27,072 nt of DNA from Sandaracinaceae bacterium. Lineage in GTDB: Bacteria; Myxococcota_A; Polyangia; Polyangiales; Sandaracinaceae. The notes beneath the pieces were generated by a model. It made no database searches. It saw only the letters and a program-made list of their open reading frames with translations, and was not told the DNA's origin. Location: the NCBI GenBank assembly GCA_044220955.1, contig JBGAQA010000089.1, positions 1-27,072 on the forward strand. The letters run 5' to 3'. Position 1 is the stretch's first letter; the number at the start of each line of letters is the position of its first letter. Positions 1 through 8,011 of the stretch are shown one piece after another. The position numbers were made by a program, and so were the translations under genes.

Positions 1-279
1 GTTCTCACCCTCCAGCCACTCCATCACGAGATAGGGATCGCCGCGTCCATCGACACCGTGGTCCAGGTAGCGCACGACGTTCGGGTGTTGCAGCTCCCGC
101 AAGAGACGCGCCTCGCGCGCGAAGCGCTCGCCCAGGCCGGCCTCCGCGGTCAGCAGTCTCTTGACGGCGACCACCTGGCCGGAGCGGGTGTCGAGCGCTC
201 GGTGAACGACCCCCATGCCGCCGCGCCCGACCAGCGCCTGCAGGCGATAGGGTCCCAGGTTGCCGTCGAGGTTCTCCAC
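1..279 (-). CDS. Hanks-type Ser/Thr protein kinase, N-terminal part (continues beyond the left window edge)
   Basis: Manual translation of the minus strand from GTG at 279 gives (M)ENLDGNLGPYRLQALVGRGGMGVVHRALDTRSGQVVAVKRLL...ERFAREARLLRELQHPNVVRYLDHG...PYLVMEWLEGEN. This contains the Gly-rich loop GRGGMG, VAVK, the alphaC Glu and HPNVV. An AGGAGG RBS lies about 6 nt upstream. It is missing from the ORF track because there is no stop codon in the window. Confidence 0.93.
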   Translation of the reverse strand, partial: MENLDGNLGPYRLQALVGRGGMGVVHRALDTRSGQVVAVKRLLTAEAGLGERFAREARLLRELQHPNVVRYLDHGVDGRGDPYLVMEWLEGEN

Positions 280-363
280 GCCGTTCCTCCTGGGGTCGGA
301 GCCTACAGCCGATCTCGGCTGCGGTGCTCGACTGCGCGTTGCGCCAGATGCACCGCTCAACCT

Positions 364-621
364 CTACGACCGGGGGAACGGCGTCCGCTTCTCGGCCGCC
401 GTGTTCCTCGCGGTCGGAGTCCTCGCCGTCCTGCGCGCACGCAGCGCGCCGCTGGCGCCACCGCTCTCGCGGATGACCGCGTACTTCGCGCGGTACCCGT
501 CGACGTGCTCCTCGCGCGCCGGCTCGCGGCAGGCCTCGCAGTACTTCGTCCCACGAAAGCAGGGCCGGCAGAGCGCAAGGCGCTCGCGGCATCGCGCGCA
601 TGAAACATGGAAGTCTTGCAC
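364..621 (-). CDS. Small hypothetical protein with three CxxC motifs (putative zinc finger)
   Basis: 85-aa ORF containing CARC-x6-CRPC-x6-CEAC followed by a basic tail. It is co-oriented with, and upstream of, the kinase. Confidence 0.5.
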   Translation of the reverse strand: MQDFHVSCARCRERLALCRPCFRGTKYCEACREPAREEHVDGYRAKYAVIRESGGASGALRARRTARTPTARNTAAEKRTPFPRS

Positions 622-910
622 GCCGCGAGCGCGCGGCCGTCACCTTCTGGATCGCCCCGCCTGACAGCGAGAGGCTCCGAGCGTCGGTCGCGCGCGCAGC
701 CCTGCGCCCAGCGCGGTCGATCGGGGGACGGAGCGCTAACTCCGGACCCTCACCTACGCGCTCGCGTGATCGTCACCGGCGACAACACGCCCGCGCACGT
801 TTCCGACATGGGCGCGTGGGCGCCGGTGATCCCGGTGGCCGTGGGCCCGTACGAGACCGGTGGCGTCATCGGCGGAGGTGGCGGCGGGCCGCCGCCGGGC
901 GATCACGTCT

Positions 911-1047
911 TCTCGAGCTGCCCCTCACCCCGCATCTCCCCGTGAACGGGGAGAGGGGCCGCACAGCGTCGGCGGCCGCTCTGGCGTCCTCTCGCGCTGC
1001 CCCTCACCCGACCTCTCCCCGTGAACGGGGAGAGGGGCCGCGCAGCG
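911..1047 (+). repeat. Two tandem REP-like palindromic repeats (58-bp units, period 79)
   Basis: 911-968 and 990-1047 are near-identical: tctcg(a/c)gctgcccctcaccc(cgca/gacc)tctccccgtgaacggggagaggggccgc(a/g)cagcg. Each forms the hairpin TCTCCCCG-TGAA-CGGGGAGA. Confidence 0.85.
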
Positions 1048-1090
1048 GCTTCCCGCACCTCTCTCCTCTCCGCTATCCTCGCGCCGTCCG

Positions 1091-4000
1091 ATGGGCCCCT
1101 CTCCCTGTCCGCGCTGTCGCTCCCCGCTCGCTGCGGGCGCTCCGTTCTGTACGAACTGCGGCTACCAGACGGGGATGGCGCCGCCCGGGTCGGCGTCGGT
1201 CGCGAACCAGCCCGTCGTTCCGCAGGGGCCTCCGCAGACGCGCGCCGGTGAGTCGATGGCGGGGATGACGCCGCCGCCCGGTCGCTCCGCTCAGCCGGGC
1301 GGAGGTGGCGCGGCGCCTGCCCGCACGATGGCGCTCGACTCCGCCGCGGCGATGGCCTCGCTGGGCCTCGCCTCGCAGGTGGGCGAGGTCACGCTCGGCC
1401 GCGACCCGGCGTGCACCGTCGCGATCGACAACCCCGTCGTCTCCGCGCGCCACGCGCGGATCGGCAAGAACGTCCACCCGCCCGGGCTCTTCGTCGAGGA
1501 CCTCGGCTCCACCAACGGCACGTACGTCAACGGCCAGCGCATCACGCGCCAGAACATCACGTTCTCGGACGACGTGCGCCTCGGCTCGGCGCCCGTGCCG
1601 CTCTCGGATCCGCGCATCGCCGGCCTCGTCGTCCGCGTCACGCGCCGCCCGCCCAAGGGGCAGCCCATCGTGCTCGGCCGCGCGCCCGAGTGCGACGTCG
1701 TCATCGACTACCCGGACGTCGCGCCGCAGCACTGCCAGGTCATCGAGACGCCCGACTCGGGGCTGATGGTGAAGGACCTCGGCGGGCCGCACGGCACCTT
1801 CGTCGACAACGCGGGCTACCGCGTCAGCGAGGCGCGCGTCGCGGCGAACTCGCTCCTGCTCCTCGGGACCTTCCCGCTGCCGGTGCCGCTCGTGCTGCGC
1901 CTGCTCGAGGAGTCGGGCGGCGGCGGCAGCGCGTTCATGGCGGGCGTCGCGGCGCAGGCCGTCGCGCTCGACCGGCCGGTGATCAAGATCGGCCGCGCCC
2001 AGGACAATGACTTGGTGCTCGCGCACCCGACGGTGTCGACGCGCCACGCGATGCTCTCGCGCCAGGCCGACGGCAGCGTGCTCGTCCAGGACCTCGGCTC
2101 GACCAACGGGACCTTCCTCGACGGCGAGCGCGTCGATCAGCGCGGCAAGATCGCGCGGCCCGGTCAGCGCGTCTCGATCGGCGGCGTCTCCATCGTGCTC
2201 GGCGAGGGCGGGCGCATCGCGTCGGCCGGCCGCGCGAAGGTGCGCCTCGACCTGCAGAACGTCGGCCTCGTGGTGGCCGACCGCGGCAGCGGCAAGCCGC
2301 GCGCGCTGCTCGATCGCGTCACGATGTCGATCTTCGCCGGCGAGATGGTCGGCATGCTCGGCCCCTCGGGCGCCGGCAAGAGCACGCTCTTGATGAGCGT
2401 GCTCGGCCTGCTCCGCCCGACGAGCGGCGGCGTGCTCCTCAACGGGCGGCCGCTCTTCCAGCAGTACGAGTCGTTCCGCACCAACGTCGGCTACGTCCCG
2501 CAGGACGACATCGTCCACCCGCAGCTCACGGTGCGCGAGGCGCTCGCGTACGCGTGCAAGCTGCGCCTGCCGCCGATGAGCCAGAAGGATCTCGACGACT
2601 CGATCGAGAAGACCCTCAAGCAGGTCGGCCTCTGGGAGCAGCGCGACCTGCAGATCGGCAGCGCCGAGGAGAAGGTCTTGTCCGGCGGCCAGCGCCGCCG
2701 CGTGAACCTCGCCGTCGAGCTCGTCACCGACCCTTCGCTCTTGATCCTCGACGAGCCGACCTCCGGCCTCTCGTGGACCGACGCCGCGGATGTGGTCGCG
2801 ACGCTGCGCCGCCTCGCCGACGACGGGCGCACGATCGTGATCACGATCCACCAGCCCGACTACCAGGAGTACGAGAAGTTCGACAACGTCGCGATCCTCG
2901 GCCGCGGCGGCAAGCTCCTCTTCTACGGCGCGCCCTCGCCGGAGAGCTACACGTTCTTCGGCGCGCAGCCGCACAAGCCGCGCGAGATGTTCGACCACGT
3001 CGAGCAGATGCCCGCGGAGGAGTGGCGCACGCGCTTCGAGGCGTCGCCGACGTTCCAGCGCTTCGTCACGCAGCGCGCGCCCGGCGCGGACGCGTCGAAC
3101 CAGGGGCCGCCGCCCAAGGCGCGCGGACGGTCGAGCTTCCGGCAGTTCCCGGTGCTGCTCTCGCGCTCGATCAAGCTGACGCTGCGCAACCGCACCGCGC
3201 TCTTCCTCCTTCTCTTGCAGGCGCCGCTGCTCGGGCTGCTCATCGGCCTGACGACGAGCGGCTCGGCGAGCTTCCGCGCGGGGACGTTCGGCTGCACGGA
3301 CACCGCCGATCACGTCGACTACTGCACGGAGGACACGAGCGCGCAGCGGCTGATCTCGTGCGACGCCGCGACCGTCTCGACCGAGCTGCGCGACCGGATC
3401 CCGCAGACGACCGATCCCTTCTCCGGTCGCACGGTCCCGTCGCGGGCCCCGTCGAGCGACCTCTGGGACGAGGCGAGCCCGGTCGAGCGTCTGATGTTCC
3501 ACGACAGCCGCGTGAGAGACCCGCGCACGGGGCTGCTGGCGATCCTGATGGCGCTCTTCCTGCCGATGATCATCGCGAGCTCGAACGTGCTCGTGAGCGA
3601 GCGGACCATCTACGAGCGCGAGCGGCTCGCGGGCCTGAACATCATCCCCTACGTGATGGCCCGCTTCACCGTGCTCGCGGGCCTGGGCGCCATCGTCGCG
3701 ACCTTGAACCTCGTGGTCGCGCTGCCGCTCCTGAGGCTGCACGGCTTCCCGTTCTGGTACTGGGTGATCGGCGTGTTCGTCACGAGCACGGCGGCGGCGA
3801 TGGGCCTCGCGCTCTCGGCCGCGGTGCGCAACCCGGTGTCGGCGCTCTGGGGCATCAACTTCCTCGTCATCCCGCAGCTGCTCTTCGCGGGCTCGATCAC
3901 GCGCCTCACCGGCTTCACGTGGTTCGTCAGCTGGTTCACCACCACGCGTTACGCGCTCGAGGCCCTGGTGAACCTCGACCTGCACGAGCGCGGCCACCTC

Positions 4001-4162
4001 ACGACGTGTCAGATCGAGAGGTACATGGAGAACCTGCCCGGGTTCATGGCCGACCTGAACTTCCCGCTGGTGTACGCGTGGGTCGGGACGGGGTGGATCG
4101 CGGTGGGGTGCCTCTTGCTCACGATGATCCTGCTCAAGCTGAAGGACAAGCGGGTCGGCTGA
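1091..4162 (+). CDS. FHA-domain ABC transporter (zinc ribbon + 3 FHA + ABC ATPase + ABC-2 membrane domain; Rv1747-like architecture)
   Basis: N-terminal CPRC...CTNC zinc ribbon; three FHA-like units (TLGRD...SARH...DLGSTNGT; VLGRA...APQH...DLGGPHGT; KIGRA...STRH...DLGSTNGT); Walker A GPSGAGKS; signature LSGGQ; Walker B LILDEPT; H-loop ITIHQP; C-terminal TM helices with an ERTIYERER motif. Confidence 0.93.
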   Translation: MGPSPCPRCRSPLAAGAPFCTNCGYQTGMAPPGSASVANQPVVPQGPPQTRAGESMAGMTPPPGRSAQPGGGGAAPARTMALDSAAAMASLGLASQVGEVTLGRDPACTVAIDNPVVSARHARIGKNVHPPGLFVEDLGSTNGTYVNGQRITRQNITFSDDVRLGSAPVPLSDPRIAGLVVRVTRRPPKGQPIVLGRAPECDVVIDYPDVAPQHCQVIETPDSGLMVKDLGGPHGTFVDNAGYRVSEARVAANSLLLLGTFPLPVPLVLRLLEESGGGGSAFMAGVAAQAVALDRPVIKIGRAQDNDLVLAHPTVSTRHAMLSRQADGSVLVQDLGSTNGTFLDGERVDQRGKIARPGQRVSIGGVSIVLGEGGRIASAGRAKVRLDLQNVGLVVADRGSGKPRALLDRVTMSIFAGEMVGMLGPSGAGKSTLLMSVLGLLRPTSGGVLLNGRPLFQQYESFRTNVGYVPQDDIVHPQLTVREALAYACKLRLPPMSQKDLDDSIEKTLKQVGLWEQRDLQIGSAEEKVLSGGQRRRVNLAVELVTDPSLLILDEPTSGLSWTDAADVVATLRRLADDGRTIVITIHQPDYQEYEKFDNVAILGRGGKLLFYGAPSPESYTFFGAQPHKPREMFDHVEQMPAEEWRTRFEASPTFQRFVTQRAPGADASNQGPPPKARGRSSFRQFPVLLSRSIKLTLRNRTALFLLLLQAPLLGLLIGLTTSGSASFRAGTFGCTDTADHVDYCTEDTSAQRLISCDAATVSTELRDRIPQTTDPFSGRTVPSRAPSSDLWDEASPVERLMFHDSRVRDPRTGLLAILMALFLPMIIASSNVLVSERTIYERERLAGLNIIPYVMARFTVLAGLGAIVATLNLVVALPLLRLHGFPFWYWVIGVFVTSTAAAMGLALSAAVRNPVSALWGINFLVIPQLLFAGSITRLTGFTWFVSWFTTTRYALEALVNLDLHERGHLTTCQIERYMENLPGFMADLNFPLVYAWVGTGWIAVGCLLLTMILLKLKDKRVG

Positions 4163-4584
4163 TGCGGGCCGCCGCCGCGCTCCTGATCGTGGGCGCGCTC
4201 GCGAGCTGCTCCGATCCGCCGCCGCCCTCCGAGTCGCCACCGCCCAGCACCACGGAGGACGGCATCCGCGTGCGCGTCGGCGGGCGTGAGGTCGTGGTGC
4301 ACTGCGCCGTCACGTGCCCGGCGACCGAGGCCGAGCTCGCGCAGCTCTCGAGCGACTGCCTCTCCAACCCCGGCAGCGGGCCGCACCGCGTCGCGACGTC
4401 GGGGCCGGTGCTCACGCTCGGATGCTGTCAGGAGGCGACGCTCGCCTACGACCGCGCGTGCGGCCACGAGCAGGCGGGCTGCGGCGCGGGCTGGCAGTCG
4501 CGCTGCGAGGGCATGCAGCCGCGCGTCGCGCCGATCGACGACGACGAGCGCGGCGTCTCGACCGAGCGCGGCACCGGGCGCTGA
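4162..4584 (+). CDS. Cys-rich lipoprotein, hypothetical
   Basis: The ATG overlaps the FHA-ABC stop codon (TGATG). Signal peptide and lipobox MRAAAALLIVGALASC, then a Pro-rich linker and 8 further Cys. It is the 3' end of track ORF 2554..4584. Confidence 0.75.
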   Translation: MRAAAALLIVGALASCSDPPPPSESPPPSTTEDGIRVRVGGREVVVHCAVTCPATEAELAQLSSDCLSNPGSGPHRVATSGPVLTLGCCQEATLAYDRACGHEQAGCGAGWQSRCEGMQPRVAPIDDDERGVSTERGTGR

Positions 4585-4642
4585 GGGCCGGGCAGGCGCG
4601 TCGCCTGGCGGGAGCGGGCGCGTCCTACTACACGTCGGTCCC

Positions 4643-5581
4643 GTGATCCGTGCGGAGAAGCTGACCAAGCGCTTCGGCGATCACGCCGCGCTCACCGAGC
4701 TCGACCTCGACGTCGCCGAGGGTGAGGTGTTCGGGCTGCTCGGGCCGAACGGCGCCGGCAAGACCACTGCGCTGCGCCTCCTGACCGGGCTCGTCGCCCC
4801 GACGTCGGGGCGCGCGCAGATCGCCGGCGTGGACGTGGCGACGCACGCCGAGGAGGTGCGGGCGCGCATCGGGCTCTTGACGGAGACGCCGGGCCTCTAC
4901 CCGCGGCTCGACGCCGTCGAGAACCTCGCGTTCTTCGCCGACGTCTACGACGTGCAGGGCGCGCAGGCGAAGATCGAGGCGCTGCTCCGGCGGCTCGACC
5001 TCTGGGATCGACGCAAGGAGGCGGCCGGCGCGCTCAGCAAGGGGATGCGACAGAAGCTCGCGCTCGCGCGGGCGCTGCTGCACGACCCGAAGGTGGTCTT
5101 CCTCGACGAGCCGACGTCGGCCCTCGATCCGGCGTCGGCCAAGATCGTGCGCGCGCTGATCGGCGATCTCAAGCGGGAGGGGCGCACGATCGTGCTCTGC
5201 ACGCACAACCTCGACGAGGCCGACCGTCTCGCCGATCGCATCGGCGTGCTCCGCAAGGGCCGCCTGGTGCACGTCGGCACGCCCGCCGAGCTGCGGCATC
5301 GCCTCTACGGGCGCGCGACCGTGGTCACGCTCGCGGCGGACGCCAGCGAGCACGCGCAGGCCGCGCGCGGGCTGGCGTTCGTGACCGAGGTGCTGGTCGT
5401 GGGCGCCGTGCTCCGGATCGCGAACGACGACCCCGACGCGAACAACCCTGCCATCGTGCGGGCGCTCGTCACGTCCGGCGCGTCGGTCGTGGAGGTGAAG
5501 GGCGAGACCAAGGCGCTCGAGGACGTGTACCTCGACCTCCTGGGCGAGACCGAGACGGCGAGCGAGGAGCGCCCGCGATGA
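4643..5581 (+). CDS. ABC transporter ATP-binding protein (DrrA/CcmA-like, ABC-2 type)
   Basis: Likely start is GTG at 4643 (VIRAEKLTKRFG). Motifs GPNGAGKTT, LSKGMRQ, FLDEPT, CTHNL and C-terminal LEDVYL. Confidence 0.92.
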   Translation: MIRAEKLTKRFGDHAALTELDLDVAEGEVFGLLGPNGAGKTTALRLLTGLVAPTSGRAQIAGVDVATHAEEVRARIGLLTETPGLYPRLDAVENLAFFADVYDVQGAQAKIEALLRRLDLWDRRKEAAGALSKGMRQKLALARALLHDPKVVFLDEPTSALDPASAKIVRALIGDLKREGRTIVLCTHNLDEADRLADRIGVLRKGRLVHVGTPAELRHRLYGRATVVTLAADASEHAQAARGLAFVTEVLVVGAVLRIANDDPDANNPAIVRALVTSGASVVEVKGETKALEDVYLDLLGETETASEERPR

Positions 5582-6375
5582 ATTGGAGGCGCTTCCGCGC
5601 GGTCGTGCGGCACGAGCTGCTCGAGCTCTCGCGCAGCCGGATCATCTTCCTCACGATGGCGATCGTGCCGAGCGTGCTCGTGCTCGTCTCTCTGCTCACC
5701 GAGCAGGCGATCCTCGCGACGCCGGACAACGCGTTCCGCTTCGAGGGCGGGATGCCCGAGCTGCTCGAGCGCTACGCGTCCGAGGGGCTCGATCCGAAGA
5801 CGGCCGTGCTCATCCTCCTGAACGAGCAGTTCCTCACGATGCTCCTCATCGTGGCGACGGCGCTCCCGTCCACGGTCGCCTCGCACGCCGTGATCGGCGA
5901 GAAGGTCGAGCGCACGCTGGAGCCCCTGCTCGCGACGCCCGTCTCGACGATCGAGCTGCTCCTCGGCAAGACGTTCGTCTCGATCGTGCCGGGGGTGATC
6001 TTCACCTGGGTCAGCTACGGCGCCACGCTCGCGGGCTTCGTGTACCTGAGCCCGCCGCTCGTGGTGGCGTCCGCGACGCGTGCGGTGTGGCCGCTCGCGT
6101 TCGCGCTGCTCGCGCCGCTCGTGGCCACGACCTCCGCGCTCACCAGCATCGCCGTCAGCTCGCGCGTGAACGACCCCCGGACCGCGCAGGGGCTCGCGGG
6201 ATTCCTCGTCATCCCGCTGCTCGGCATGGGCATCTCGGCGCTCCTCGGCGCCGTCACGATCGACATCGCGTGGGTCGTCTGGGGCGCCGCCCTCGTCGCC
6301 GTCATCGACGCCGCCCTGCTCGCCATCGCGGTGCGTCTTTTCTCCCGCGAGACGATCCTCACCCGCTGGCGCTGA
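5578..6375 (+). CDS. ABC-2 type transporter permease
   Basis: ATGA overlap with the ATPase gene, about 6 hydrophobic segments, and the IGEKVERTLEPLLATPVS motif typical of ABC-2 permeases. Confidence 0.9.
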   Translation: MNWRRFRAVVRHELLELSRSRIIFLTMAIVPSVLVLVSLLTEQAILATPDNAFRFEGGMPELLERYASEGLDPKTAVLILLNEQFLTMLLIVATALPSTVASHAVIGEKVERTLEPLLATPVSTIELLLGKTFVSIVPGVIFTWVSYGATLAGFVYLSPPLVVASATRAVWPLAFALLAPLVATTSALTSIAVSSRVNDPRTAQGLAGFLVIPLLGMGISALLGAVTIDIAWVVWGAALVAVIDAALLAIAVRLFSRETILTRWR

Positions 6376-6378
6376 TGC

Positions 6379-6445
6379 GGGGTCACTCCATACCCACCTA
6401 ACACGCCGAATTCACTGCGGTCCTGCGGGTAGGTGCGCGTTTCGT
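6379..6445 (+). repeat. Solo copy of a bipartite 67-bp repeat unit (14-bp box, 31-bp spacer, 22-bp box)
   Basis: GGGGTCACTCCATA (6379-6392) + 31 bp + TGCGGGTAGGTGCGCGTTTCGT (6424-6445). Matches the right arm of the 13118-13280 element at 13/14 and 21/22. Confidence 0.85.
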
Positions 6446-7404
6446 TCGGCGAGCCCTTCCGCCAGCCCCCGCACCGTGAGCGGCGCGGAGCCCTCCGCCT
6501 TGTTGTTCGCGATGACGAAGAGCTCGCAGCCGAGGTCACCCGCGCGGCGCGCGAGCTCGACCACTTCGGCGCGCATCCCCTCGTCGACCTCGCGGATGCG
6601 GTCGAAGGGCGCCCACTGCTTCTTCAGCACCTCGTACTTCTTCTTCGGGGGCACCATCAGTCGCGCCACCACGCGCGTCTCGCGCCGCAGCGCGCCCGGA
6701 AGCGCCAGCTGCTCGCCGATCGGCGGCATCCGCGTCCACAGGTTGAAGACGTGGCTCGCTCCGAACGCCGCCAGCACCTCGAAGTAGCGCGGGACCAGAA
6801 GCTTCGCGTCGCGTAGCTCGACCGCGTACTCGAGCGCGGGGGTCACTTTCTCGAGGAACCTCCCGAGCGCATCGGCGAAGGCGACCGGATCGATCCGGGT
6901 CGGCGCGCGAGGCACCTCGAGCACCAGCGGTCCCGCGTGCTCGGCGAACGCCTCGAGCATCGGTCGCGCCACGCGCTCGGCGAAGATCGCCGCGTCGAGG
7001 AAGTGCGGGCTCGGCTGCCCGGCCCGCGCACCGAAGCTCGCGTGCCGCGGGAACACCGGCGTCGTGAGCTCCGACCACACCTTCGACACCGCGCGAAACC
7101 CGGGCGGCAGCTGCGCGGCGTACGCCCGGAGCTCTCCCTCGGCCAGCGGCGCGTAGAAGCTCCGATCGATCCCCACGGTCCGGAAGAGCGGATGCCGGGC
7201 GTACTCCGCGAGCGAGGAGCGCGCGAAGTCCGAAGCGCGCACGTCGGTCTCGGCGTAGACGAGCGACTTCCACTCGGGGAACGTCCAGCTCGACGTGCCG
7301 AGGCGGACGTGCGCAGGTAGGCGCGACGCGAGCGCCTCGAGCGCGCCGCGATCCGCGATCCTGGGCCCGCCGCCGGCGCCGAAGAGATCGAGCTGCCGGC
7401 GCAC
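6412..7404 (-). CDS. DUF72 (YecE-like) domain protein
   Basis: Motifs RLGTSSWTFPEW, TVGIDRSFYA, AVELRD and C-terminal FVIANNKAEGSAP are characteristic of DUF72. Confidence 0.88.
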   Translation of the reverse strand: MRRQLDLFGAGGGPRIADRGALEALASRLPAHVRLGTSSWTFPEWKSLVYAETDVRASDFARSSLAEYARHPLFRTVGIDRSFYAPLAEGELRAYAAQLPPGFRAVSKVWSELTTPVFPRHASFGARAGQPSPHFLDAAIFAERVARPMLEAFAEHAGPLVLEVPRAPTRIDPVAFADALGRFLEKVTPALEYAVELRDAKLLVPRYFEVLAAFGASHVFNLWTRMPPIGEQLALPGALRRETRVVARLMVPPKKKYEVLKKQWAPFDRIREVDEGMRAEVVELARRAGDLGCELFVIANNKAEGSAPLTVRGLAEGLAERNAHLPAGPQ

Positions 7405-7411
7405 GCGCGCG

Positions 7412-7987
7412 TCAGGCGTCGGGGCCCGTGTCCGCGTTCGCGTCGGTCGCCGCGGCGGCGTCCGTGCTCGCGTCGTCGGCGGCCCCGGTGTCGCTCGCGG
7501 CGTCGTCCGTCGTGCTCGAGTCGCTCGCGGCGTCGTCTGCGCTGCCCCCGTCGCTCGCAGCGTCCCCCGTCCCGCTCGCGTCAGCCGCCGCCGCGTCGGC
7601 GCCGCCGCCCGCGTCGATCGCGCCGCCGTCGGTGCCCGCGTCGTTCACCCCCGAGTCCGGCGCGCAGTCCCGGCAGACGCAGTTCGTGCGGCCCATGCAG
7701 TTGCTCGTGCAGTTGCCGCCCTGGCAGTCGAGCACGCAATTGCCGGTGCCGGAGCACGTGAGGTCGCAGCCACCGCCCGCGCAGGACACGTTGCAGTTGC
7801 CGATGCCGGTACAGACGAAGTGGCAGCCGCCGCCGGCGCACGTCTGCGAGCAGTTGCCGATGCCATCGCACCCGCACGTGGTGCCCGCGGCGCAGTCGAT
7901 GTCCTGGTTGCCGATGTGGAAGCACGCGCCGAGCACGAACGCCGACGACGCGAGAGCGAGCGCAGAGAGCCAGCGCAGGGAAGTCAT
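7412..7987 (-). CDS. Cys-rich repeat lipoprotein with an acidic Asp/Ala-rich tail
   Basis: Lipobox FVLGAC, about 3.5 copies of a 19-aa Cys/Gly repeat, and 10-aa DAASD-type repeats at the C-terminus. Confidence 0.8.
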   Translation of the reverse strand: MTSLRWLSALALASSAFVLGACFHIGNQDIDCAAGTTCGCDGIGNCSQTCAGGGCHFVCTGIGNCNVSCAGGGCDLTCSGTGNCVLDCQGGNCTSNCMGRTNCVCRDCAPDSGVNDAGTDGGAIDAGGGADAAAADASGTGDAASDGGSADDAASDSSTTDDAASDTGAADDASTDAAAATDANADTGPDA

Positions 7988-8011
7988 GCGGGCAGGATAT
8001 CGCAGAGCGGC

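Noticed and set aside
58..603. Plus-strand 181-aa ORF
   Set aside because: It is the antisense shadow of the kinase N-terminus on the minus strand.
911..1047. Possible mini CRISPR array
   Set aside because: Only two 58-bp units with a 21-bp gap, no cas genes, and a dispersed inverted copy elsewhere. This fits REP-like repeats better.
1073..4240. Long ORFs antisense or frame-shifted to real genes (e.g. 1073..4240 -, 13045..14919 -, 15271..18543 +, 15902..18562 -, 18174..20606 -, 23478..25790 -)
   Set aside because: They are Arg/Ala/Pro-rich shadows expected in very GC-rich DNA, with no motifs, and they overlap well-supported genes.
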